Of a DNA stretch of 64,000 nucleotides, positions 27,801 through 38,430 are shown in pieces (position 1 is the first letter of the stretch; the number at the start of each line of letters is the position of its first letter). Source of the DNA: Callorhinchus milii (Eukaryota); assembly GCF_018977255.1 (NCBI RefSeq), contig NW_024704748.1, forward strand, positions 27,032,001 through 27,096,000, given 5' to 3'. Position numbers and translations under genes: made by a program. The notes under the pieces were generated by a model. It was not told the origin of the DNA, did not search any database, and saw only the letters and a list, made by a program, of their open reading frames with translations.

Positions 27801-30800
27801 GCAAGCGAGAGACCTGAGGTCAATTCCAGGCAGAGGGCGAAACCTCGGGCAAGTTTCCTTACTCCACACAGAGCCTAATAATAATCCCTCCAAAACCAAA
27901 AACAATAATAAATTGGTCATTTTCAATCTACGACTGTTTGTGGGACATTGCTGTGCGCAATTGGCTGCCGCGTTCGCCCACAAATATACAGTCAATTCAC
28001 TTTACAGTGTGTTCTGTGAAGCGCTTTGGGATGTCCTCCCGACGTGAAAAGCGCTATATCAAATGCAAAGATTATTATTATCATTATATTATTATTTGTG
28101 TTCGAAACGCAACGAGGGGTGTGGAGTGCTGAGGGGGAAAGTGTTGGGGTGGGGGGGTTGGGGATATCGGGGTGGGGTGGGGGGAGTTGAGTCGTCCAGA
28201 ACTTGTGACCTACATTTCAGTGAGTTGCAAATAGTGTTTGAAATCTCCCCCACTCCTTCCTCCTCGTTTGAATTAACTCCCTCCCCCCTACCTCTGGCTC
28301 CAAAGAAAAAATTAATTTGGCTCCTTTGTGGCACGTCACTGCCAGAGATTGGTGACTGCGTTTGTCTGTTTAACAAATACATTAAATATCTGTTTTCTTT
28401 GTTTAAGAAATGTGGAAAATACTGTCCAGTCGTGTGATGTTTTGGTATGGGGACAGGAAGTTATACCTTTGTGGCCTGGAAGAGTAGCTGTGCTGATCTC
28501 TGTGGGCTCTCTCTGTCCCTCTCTTTCTCTCCCGTCTACCTCTCTGTCCCTCTCTCTCTTGCAGGCAGTCTCTGCACAGAGGTGGAGGACGCAGTATCTG
28601 CCTGTCGGAGTCTGCAGCTGGTGGCGGAGCAGTGTCAGGTCGCTGAAGAAAGCAGCGAGTATTTCCACCAGACTGTGGTTCCCTGTCTGCTGGGGCTGGC
28701 GGTCAGGTCAGCGCTACAGGGTAAGCATCGATCAATCCCCCTCTTTCCCCCCTCCCCCCCCCATCTCCAAATCCTTCTCTTCCCCCTTATTCCAATCACC
28801 CTGAGGTGTCAGCCTGGCTCTCGCCTACATGTCAGAAGGTTGTGGGTTCAAATCCCACATCGGGACTTGAACTCCGACAGTCTAAGCTGAAGCTCCAATG
28901 CAGTGCTGGGGGGTGTTGCGCTGTGGGAGGTGCCGTGCTTTGGGTGAAATGTTAAACCGAGGTCCCGTCTGTCTGTTCAAGTGGATGTTAAAGATCCCGC
29001 GGCGCTGTTTGGTGATGGTGGGTTTCCCCACTCTGTGAAGCGATTGGGACGGATTGTTCTCCAGGTGCCAGGTTGCTGGTATAAGGCCCTGGACTGAAGG
29101 CTGATATTCAGGCAGACAGCTCGGGTGGTTACGTTCTCCACTTGTTTTTGCTGCAGGTTGTGGACCCAGCATCCTGTGTGAGGAGCCAGTCATCGCGGCC
29201 CTGGGGACAGTGATCAGCACAGCATACAGCCACACTCACACACAGTAAGTGCTGCTCAACACAGCCCAGCGTACAGCCGCAGTCACACACAGTACTCCAC
29301 AGCCCAGCGTACAGCCACACACACAGCGAGTCCAGCACAGCGTACAGCCTAAAGCAGAACTTCAGACCTTCTTGATTTTAAACAAAACCCACGTATTTCA
29401 GACCAGCCTGCAGAACCATCGCCCGGGTTGTATCCCTGTATCTGGACGGAGACGCTTCCCTCCTGCCTGAGAACGACCTGCCCAGCACATTCCAGCCCTT
29501 CCAGGTCAGACACGACACATCACTGGCGCCCTGGGACACTACCCTGCATAACGGGCACTAGATAAATGCAAGTTGTTGCTGTCGTCTTGGGGAGAATGAA
29601 AAAGAGAGGCAACAAATTTATAATTAGGAATATAACAATCCTCTCTGTTTTCAGTCTTGAAGTGCAGGGAATCGTGGGGGGATCACACAAGGGCGGGGAG
29701 GTGGGGGGAGATTCTCAGCTTCCCCTCTCAGTAACTGAAGGCACTATATCAATGCAAGTTGTTGTCGGGACAGTTCCACAGTTAACCTCTGTTACCTCGT
29801 CTAAGTCGCCATTATATAGGAACAGAAATGGGCCATTCAGCTCCTCGAGTCAGTTCCGCCATTGTATAAGATCACGGCTGATCTGTACCTCAAGTCTAAT
29901 TACCCCCCTTGCCCCGTATCCCCTGAAGCCCTGACCCAACAAATATCTATCAGCCTCAAATTTGAATGGATCCACAGCCACAGGAACAATAGGAAAGTCA
30001 CAGGAATCTAAGATGTCCTCCCGACGTGACGAGTGAAGTGCCGTATAAATGCAATTTGTTGTTATTCCTGATGGTGAGTTTGGTCAGAATATCTCACTCC
30101 CCCGTATACAGTGTGTGTGTGTGTGTACAGGAGGTCTCTGGATAGCGTTTAGTCTCTGGCAGTGGTGACTGACCGCTGGCCTGGCCGACATCGGTAACAG
30201 TACCTGCATTCAACAGCAGGCGGCGCTGCGGGTGCAGTGTTCCCCTGCTGACTGACAGCACCTCCCCCAGGTGGCTGCTGGTACTGCAGGGATCAGCAGG
30301 AACACGAGGGTCGGAATTATTTTTGGTTAAAACAACAACAACAACTTGCATTCAGACCCAGCAGCCATATCCGGGGTCGCGTCTCGGAGGGACTGATATT
30401 GATGGGGGTTTTTTTTTTAACTCGACGTCCTCCCGAAGGTTGTTAGGGCTCAGAAAGGTCAGCAGAGGTATTTAGTTTGTAGCAACATTGAAATAGTGTG
30501 CTCGACCTGCTGCCCAGTCACTCACTGTGCCCTAACGTGTGTTTATTCCCCCCCCCCCCCCAGCCTGATGATGCAGCGTGCTTGCAGACTCAGTTGATCG
30601 CCCTACTCCAGGCCGCTGTGTGTTCACTGCCAAACAACGTGAGTATCCCAACGAGGAGATGAGACCGGAATGTGGTCTGAAAGCAAACCTCTCTCTTTCC
30701 CCGTCTCCTAAGCCTACAATATTCTTGTTCCTGTTTTCAGTCTGTCTGTCTGTCTGTCTCGCTCTTGAGGAGAGTCTTGTACAGGCAAGTAAAGTGTAGA

Positions 30801-33800
30801 GTGAGCTTATCATAGATTCACATGTAACAAGCTCTTTCATGTCGGAAGGACGTCCCAGTGTGCTGAAACTTTACTCTGTCTCTAACCTGTGCTGTCGCTG
30901 ACCTGGGAGTGTGGACTCACAGTGTAGAGGCAGCTTTACTCTGTCTCTACCCGGTGCTAACCTGGGATGATTGTATGTGAGTTGGTTGTTGTTTTGGTGA
31001 CCTTGTCTCTCTCTCTCCGGCTGCAGGTGGGTGTCCCTCAGCGGGATCGGTTGTTGGGGCAGCTGCTGGAGATGTGCTGTGTGAGCGGCCACCGCTTCAC
31101 ATACACATCGGCTGCCAAGTGCATTGCCGGGATCGTCAACAAGTATCCTGCCGGTAAGGACACTAGCCTGTACTTCCTGCTTAACCCTCTGTAACCTCCT
31201 CCAACCACACTCAAATGACCCTGTGTACCCGGGGGAGGAGAGAAGGGCTATGTAATCAGGGGAGGGGCTGTGTAGTTGTTCAAGCAGGGCACGGGGAAAG
31301 GGCTTTGTGTGTGTGCTGACATCCTCTTGTTGTAGGTGAGCAGTTGGATTCCATCCTTCAGGACATTCTGAAACGCATCGATTCAGGGCCACAAACCAAC
31401 GCTGGGGACTGTTCGCTGGCCGCCGGCCGCACTCGAGGCTTCACATTGCTGCTGTGGGTAAGCAGCCCCTTTCACAATGTTTCCCAGTTTATCTGTGACT
31501 CGCGCTGGGCACTGTTCCATGGCCCAATGGAGATCACTGTTCCTGGGTTCCTCACGGCTGCGTGTGGGACAGACACTGCTGTGCGCAATTGGCTGCCACG
31601 TTTCACCCACAAAATACACAGTCACTACACTTTACAGTGTATCCTGTGAAGCGCTTTGAGACGTCTTGAAGACGTGATAAGGCGCTGTGTCAAATGCCAG
31701 GATTATTATTATTATTATCATTCACTTCATGACCTCTGTGTGCAAGTTGGCTGCCTCGCTCACTTACAAAATAGAGTCACTTCACATAAATAGTGGCTGA
31801 GCTCTGATCTTACCCATGTACAGATGTTGGTGGGGTGGGAGGGTGTGGAAAGAGGAGGGGCATTAGATGGTGAGTGAAGTGGGATCCGTGGCTGGTTTTA
31901 CCTGGAGGGCGGTGGGATGTCGCTGTGGATTGAACATAATTTATTTAACTAAACTTCTCTCCACCCACCAAACCTGTCCTGGGTTCTGTGTCTCTGCAGC
32001 TAACGAAAGCACTTGTTCTGAGATACCATCCCCTGGCCACTGCACTGACAGACAAGGTAAGGCACCCTCTGCGAGCTGTCACCAGTCCTTGTTGTAAATT
32101 AAATCACGTTTGTCACCTGGAGCAGAGATTGAGAAGCGAGGGAAGGTGATTAATTAATGGTCTCCTCCCGCCCTCATCTCTCTGTCTCTCTCTCTCTCTC
32201 CCACCCCCCCCTCCACTCCCTGCCTAGTTGCTGTGCTGTTAGCAGACCCGGAGCTGGGGCCGGAGGCAGCGGACGGATTCTCGCTGCTGGTGAGCGACTC
32301 CACGGACGTCCTGAACCGAGCCTCTCACGCCGACATCCGCATCATGTACCGTCAGAGGTTCTTCACAGAGAACGTTCCCAAACTGGTGCAGGGCTTCCAC
32401 TCTGCCGGGAAAGGTCAGTCACAGGCCTCACTCACTGTGTATTCACATAACAATAATAATATTTGCGTTTGATACAGCGCCTTATCAGGTCATTCAGACT
32501 TCTCAAAGCGCTTCACAGGACACACTATAAAGTGTAGTGACACTATGGGCTGTTGGAATTTCTTGAGGGCTCTGCCCCCTTTGGGAGCCTCCAGGTTAGG
32601 CTTATAAAACGTTATCTCTTGCCAAGCCCCATCCTCAGTCCTGCACTGACGTTACTGCAGTGTCAGAGCTGCCTGAGAAACATGCATCCAATGTTCCTGA
32701 ATTGGGAAATCTCCTTGGCTCAGCACTCTTGCTTCTGGGTCATCAGGTGGCAGGTTGAATCCCATCAAGGACTTTGAGGTCAATGTAGTCTTGGGATGCC
32801 CTCCCGACACGAAAGGCGCAATATAAATGCAAGTCATTATAGAGTGATGCCGTTACCTGGGAACTGCTGCATTGTAGGAAGATCCTGTCAGGTAATGATG
32901 ACCTGATATCTGATTGAAATCTAATCTTCACTCATTTATGACCTTGTTCTTTGCAATGTGTGGGAAATCGTGCCTGGGGTAAGGTACAAAATAGTATTTT
33001 GTACTACAGAATGTGTTGTAGACGACTGTTTGTGGGACGCTGCTGTGTGCAATTGACTGACACGTTTCGCCCACAAAATATTCAGTTGATTCACTTTACA
33101 GTGTATCCTGTGAAGCGCTTGGAGACACCTCAAAGACGTGTTAAGGCACTATATCAAATGGAAGGATTATTATTATAATTATTATTATGGTGGGGTGTGT
33201 TGTAGACTCCAGTAACAAAGATGGTGACACTGGTATCAATATACTTTGGCTTACTTTGAACGATATTCTGACTTTATCCTCATCCATAACCGTCAAAACA
33301 CCGTTTTCTTTACAGATAACAAGTCCAACTACTTGAAGGCACTTTCTCACGTCATGAACAGTCTCCCGAAACAGGTCCTGATGACGGAGCTGCCCTCGGT
33401 CAGTCCACACACTCTCTGTGCCAATGTTGTTGTAGAAAATCCGTGCCCTGAGGTCACTCGTAATTGGCTTGTTGATTTGGGTTTTATTCACCACCCCCCA
33501 CCAGCTCATTCATTCTTCCCGCTCCCTTCTATGCTGTCTGACCAGTCCGATGGCTCTTTGGCAAGTGTGTTTGGGGATAAATGAAGGAGAAGACTATAAA
33601 AACCTGCCCGGTGAGTGGATCAAACTCGGTGTACTGTTTCCTGGGAAGCTGTTCCATAGGCTCCCTCCAATCGACTAACAACCGAGTTCCTACTGACTGC
33701 CAGGTAAACAGAGACGTGTGGAGTAAGGAAACTAGTCTAAGGTTCTGCCCTGCCCGGGAATCGAACCCGGATCTTCTCGCTTGCGAGGCGAGTGACCTAA

Positions 33801-35281
33801 CCACTGAACTACAGGACTCCACAGGATTAGGTTTAATTATCTCTCTCTCTCTCTCTCTGTTCACAGCTGCTGACGCTGCTCCTGGAGGCTCTGTCCTGCT
33901 CAGACCAGGTGGTGCAGCTCTCCACGCTCGGCTGCCTGCACCCGCTCCTCCAGGAAGCCCCACAGATAGTCAGTCTGCACGTGGACACCCTGATCAGCAA
34001 ACTCCTCAGTCTGGCCACCAGCCCCACCATGGTACATGCACTTCATAACGGGGTGTGTGTGTGGAGTGGGGGTGAGCCAGAGTGTATTTAATAATAATAA
34101 TAATCTGACTGGGATTTGAACATGAGGCCATCTCTCTCTGGCCCTGTGGAGTTGCCGCAGACTGTAACCGGTTGTGCCTGGCGTTGCCGGGCAGCAGCTG
34201 CTGTACTAACGCTCCACGCTTCTCCTTTACAGAAGGTGCGGATCGCATCGCTCCAGTGCATGCATGCAATGACCCGCCTGCCTACTCACGTGGTATGTGA
34301 CCTGCAGTCACACTGGGGGATGGGTTGGAGATGAGGGGGGGTGGCGGGGAGGGGGCTGCTTTTCAGTGGAACACAGCAAGTTAAAAGGGGAGATCACACA
34401 AAGCCTTGGGATAGACAGTGAGAGTTTTATTTAGGGCCACAAACTCGGCGCTGTTCGGGGGAGATTATTTTTCATCCGGGGGAATTATTAATAGGAAATA
34501 TTTTGCTACAGCTACAGGAGGGGAGTGGGAGACTGCGATCATCATTTATAACAGGGAGTTAGATACTTGCTTAATAGAGGAAGAGTTAGGAAAGAGGCAG
34601 GAAATGGGGTTAGAGTGGAGAGCTCCAGTGGGGGAGGGAGCAACAGCACAGACACAATGGGGTGGATGTTCTTCCTTGGTTTTGTGAATCTCTTCAGGAT
34701 GTTTCCTGATGTTGCGGTTCTCTGCTCTGCTCTCCCCCAGATCCTCCCACACAAAGCTCGCACCATCCGGGCTCTGACCCAGCCACTGGACGACAAGAAA
34801 CGTCTTGTGAGGAAAGAAGCCGCCTTGGCCCGAGGAGAATGGTGGGTGTGAGAGACTTTGCCTCTGATTTTAATGCCAGTCTGGCACAGGCTGAGAGTGA
34901 GAGCTCACAGTCCAGGCTGGCGCAGCGCTGGGGGTGTGGGGGAGTGCAGCATTGTCAGAGGCTCTGTCCTTCATGTGAGACATTAAATCCATATCCCATC
35001 GGTGCCTGATGTTAAAGATCCCGTAGCACTGTTGGAAAAGATAAGGGACTCTCTCTCTCGGCCGACAATCCCCCCAAGAAATTGCTCGTTCACCTCACAA
35101 CTGTTTATGGGACGTTACTGCACAAACTGGATTGACTGTGGGTTAAATGGGCGAAACACAGCAGCCAGTGTCCCACAAACAGTCGTGAATTGAGTGACTA
35201 ATTTGTGCAATTAATTAACTAATTAATTATTCCCTCGTGTGTGTGTGATGCAGGTTTCTGTTGGGCAGCCCTGGGAGGTGA
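14742..35281 (+). CDS. MMS19: MMS19 cytosolic iron-sulfur assembly component (HEAT-repeat), 31 coding exons, ~1026 aa after correcting one 1-nt frameshift
   Basis: GT-AG exons spliced by hand: 14742-14832, 15599-15647, 16481-16581, 17797-17882, 18962-19036, 19683-19752, 20010-20138, 20966-21027, 21566-21652, 22421-22495, 23260-23337, 23874-24012, 24382-24536, 25358-25436, 25713-25838, 26620-26701, 27031-27128, 27606-27752, 28565-28720, 29157-29244, 29402-29504, 30564-30638, 31027-31153, 31336-31457, 32000-32056, 32228-32413, 33316-33398, 33867-34031, 34233-34292, 34741-34841, 35254-35281. Diagnostic motifs: [51 protein letters not shown]. Total is 3080 nt, one short of a whole number of codons. 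Confidence 0.97.
15075..15503. repeat. Pyrimidine minisatellite (C)nTTCCCTCTG, ~16-19 bp unit, MMS19 intron 1
   Basis: Tandem units seen directly. Confidence 0.95.
21880..22385 (+). mobile_element. Degraded CR1-type LINE 3' fragment
   Basis: CR1-like RT end (GAGACCACAGTTTAGG..., TTTCAAGACTGAGGTGGATAGAT) and 3' end GGCTCGAGGGGCTGAATGGCCTCCTCC. Confidence 0.65.
24013..24297 (+). mobile_element. 5'-truncated SINE starting at the MMS19 exon-12 splice donor
   Basis: GTTTCTTACTCCACACGCCTCTG matches the SINE body directly after the exon; the (TTA)n tail ends at 24297. Confidence 0.85.
27763..28094 (+). mobile_element. Young SINE subfamily copy (internal deletion, L2-type CTCCC loop)
   Basis: Near-identical to 43697-44019 and to the reverse complement of 51171-51498. 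Confidence 0.85.
28815..29010 (+). mobile_element. Older SacSINE1-like SINE fragment
   Basis: GTCAGAAGGTTGTGGGTTCAAATCCCAC...GGAGGTGCCG...GTTAAACCGAGG. Related fragments near 7760, 15770, 34890, 47690, 51610 and 54690. Confidence 0.6.
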
Positions 35282-37240
35282 GATCGCAGGCGCGGAAGGG
35301 GACAGCTGACCAGACAGAACCTGGGAACATAGCACAGAGTGACCGAACAGCACAATTCCTGAGTTACTTCAACAACAACAAATAACCCCAACAATAACAC
35401 GAACATTGCTATAAAGAGCGTCCGGTTCAGGTGACGACTGACCGGTGAGGGGAGCATGTCAAAGATGAGCACATTTCATTCTCCATCACGTGTGTGTACA
35501 TGCGTGTATGTGGTGGTTTCTGCACTGTTGTACGGAATAATAATCCTTGCATTTGATATAGCGCCTTATCACGTCTTCGAGACGTCTCAAAGCGCTTCAC
35601 AGGATATACTGTAAAGTCAATTGACTATGTTTTTGGGTGAAACGCGGCAGCCAATTGTGCACAGCAGCGTCCCACAAACAGCCGTGGATTGAGCGACCAA
35701 ATGTGCGATAACCTTTAGGATAAAAACAGGTTCCTGATAAGAGTCTGAAGCAAAGATTTGTGCAAGTCTGACATTTCCCTGGTATCTGGCACTGAGCACA
35801 GTCTCTGCACATTAGGGCGCACAAAGGGTAAGTAAGCCAGTTACCTCTCCAGTGAAGCTCGCCACTCACTGTGGCACTGGCTGGGGTCTGGTTGAGAGGT
35901 TTTGTGGGGGTGGGATGACACGTAACAGATCCTAGAAGTGAGTTACCTGCTGGAGTCTAATGTGACCTTCACAGGCTGACATAGCGGAGCTATTTGGAAG
36001 TTGCAGCTGAATGCTAAGCATTTTACTCGTCTTGATATTATTTCAAAGCTGTGAATGGTTGTTTTTATTCTCCGTGTGTTCCTGACCCGGACAGTCAGGG
36101 TGAGAGAGGGTCTGGTGGTGGGGGGGAGAGAGCGTGAGGTGTTTATTCTAATGGCAACTAGAACTGATCCCGATTGTGTGGCTTTGTGCTGCTCCGACTG
36201 TTCCCTGCCGCCCCCCCTCCCTCCCCCCGCAAGTGAATATGGGTAACATATATTAATATTGAGCTAACAACACACTGACCTCGAGTGTTACAGACTACGC
36301 CAGGCTGGGCTGACTTGACGGCTGTATGTGCTTGGAATATTGTAACCTACACTGAACAATGAGCTGGTACTTGCACAACCCCCCCACACCCGGTCTGCTG
36401 TACATTTATCTCTTGGTGTTGTTGAGCTAATCGCTTGGGGCACTGGGTGAGGAGGGTGGGGAGTGGGGAAGGTGGAAGCGCGTTCTGCTAAGGTACAGCC
36501 TATCCCTGTCTCTGCCTATTCTGGATCCCCTTTTGGGCTATTTCTGAATGGATCGATCTGTGACACTGACTGGCGGGAACGCCACTCCGACTGGGATTCC
36601 CTCACTTGGGAGAGAGAGACCTGTACAATGTCCTACTACAGTCCCCACAGTGACTTTCCCCCTCCTTAAAGCTGATCAAGAAATCTGGACAAACTGACTC
36701 CTCTCTGTGCTGGGTTAAATGCTACCCTCCCGCTCCACTCTCTCTTCCTCTTTCTCTCCGTCTCGCTCATGTTCTCTCTTTCCCTCCCAAGCCCAAGAGC
36801 CGGGGCTCCCACCCGCCGGGGCTGCCACCCGCCGGGGCTCCCACCCGCCGGGGCTGCCACTCGTTGGGGAGAAGTGCCTGATGAGGTGTAAGTGCAATCT
36901 GTGCTCCTATAACAGCTGCTGTTTGTGAGATTAGTGACGGTGTGTAACAGGGGTTTGCAGGGTCACAAAGCCACAGTATTAATCTCCCGCCACATCGCTA
37001 CTTACCGTGTCCGCGGGTTGTGAAACGCACAATTCCTGATTTTTTTTTAATTAAAAAAACTGTAACTTGCGGCTTCTGTACTGAACGACATACGTTTTCG
37101 AAACGATTAAAACATTTGTACCAAATATTCTACGATTCTCCCTTCAGGTCGAGTTGTTTTTGGTGATGTTTGGGATTCCCTTTCCTGCACTCCAGGGTCC
37201 CAGAGTAGAAAAGTTTCTCAGTAATTGCTTTATCACAGCA

Positions 37241-37246
37241 TTTATT
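37241..37246 (-). terminator. Candidate AATAAA polyadenylation signal of ZDHHC16
   Basis: TTTATT on the + strand, ~1.2 kb after the stop. A + strand ATTAAA near 37106 may end MMS19, which would give abutting convergent 3' ends. Confidence 0.45.
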
Positions 37247-38430
37247 CTCCAATATAACAATGGCCTTTAATAGAAACCTTACACTGAGACTGAGTGATTT
37301 GTACAATATTGCTTTCACCGGGGAACACGGGCTTTAATAATTAGTGATGATCCCCTCCACTTGACTGTTTACAGACCCCCAAACTACAGACAATCAGCGT
37401 GAGGACAGTTTGGGTGAGGGGGTGGGAGGCAGTGTGGGTGGGGGGTGGAGGGGGTGGCATCAGCCTGTTTTTACTCCTGATTCAGACTCACTGGGTACAG
37501 GATCAGAGGTTGGACCCGATGAGGGGGAAAAGGCATCGAGAAACCAGGAGGTGATTGGGATAGGGTTCCCTCCATTGGGAGTGAATCCAATGGGAAGAGG
37601 TTTGGTTCATTGGGATTGTGTGCAGTGGGAGGGAATGGGTTCGGCCCAATGTTTGGGGATAATTATAATCCTTGCATTTAATATATTTTGTGGGCGAAAC
37701 ACGGCAGTCAATTGCACAGATAGTGTCCCACAAACAGTGGTGGATTGAGTGACCAAATTTTTTTTTTTTTTGGAAAGCATTATTACTCTGGATCTGACTA
37801 ACAACCGGGTTTCTACTTACTGCTAGGGTTCGTCCCACCTGGCAATCGAATCCAGGTCCTCTCGCTTGCGAGGAAAGTGCTCTGACCACTAAACGACTTA
37901 AATTGGACGAGTTTGCTGCAAGCTCAGGTCAGTTGTCCCCCTCCATTCCAATCCAGGGGCTTAAACACGAGGTTCTTCACTCCGGACACAAGCACTTCCC
38001 AGTTCAACGTCAGTCAGACAGACAGACAAGACAGTGGAGGGAGGAAAGGAACTAGTTATCCTCTGCATAAAAAAAAGTGTCTCTGAATCCAATAAATCTT
38101 GTTAAACAAACATTGTACAGAGAGAGGAACAGGCCAAAGGGCAAAGAGACAGGCGAAAAAATGTCTTGTTTAAAAAAATGTTAACAGTCCTGTTCAATTC
38201 AGTCCGACCAGCTTCCCCCTGCTCCGCCACAGTGTGGTCGCAGCTCAGCGATGCTCTTGCTGCTGCAGGTGGGGGTCAGTCTTGTTGCTGTGACCCCCAA
38301 TCACTGACCACGTGGGTCCCTCCCTCACCCTGAGATCAGGTGAGAAGATCCAGACACACGCGCTGCTCGCTCTCTCTCTCTCTCTCTCTCCTCCCCACAC
38401 GCAGGAGTTCCTCCCGCATTCTCTTCCCAC

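Noticed and set aside
27765-27840. tRNA-like sequences (GTAGCTCAGTGGTTAGAGC...TCAATTCC)
   Set aside because: They run directly into SINE body and tail, so they are SINE heads, not tRNA genes.
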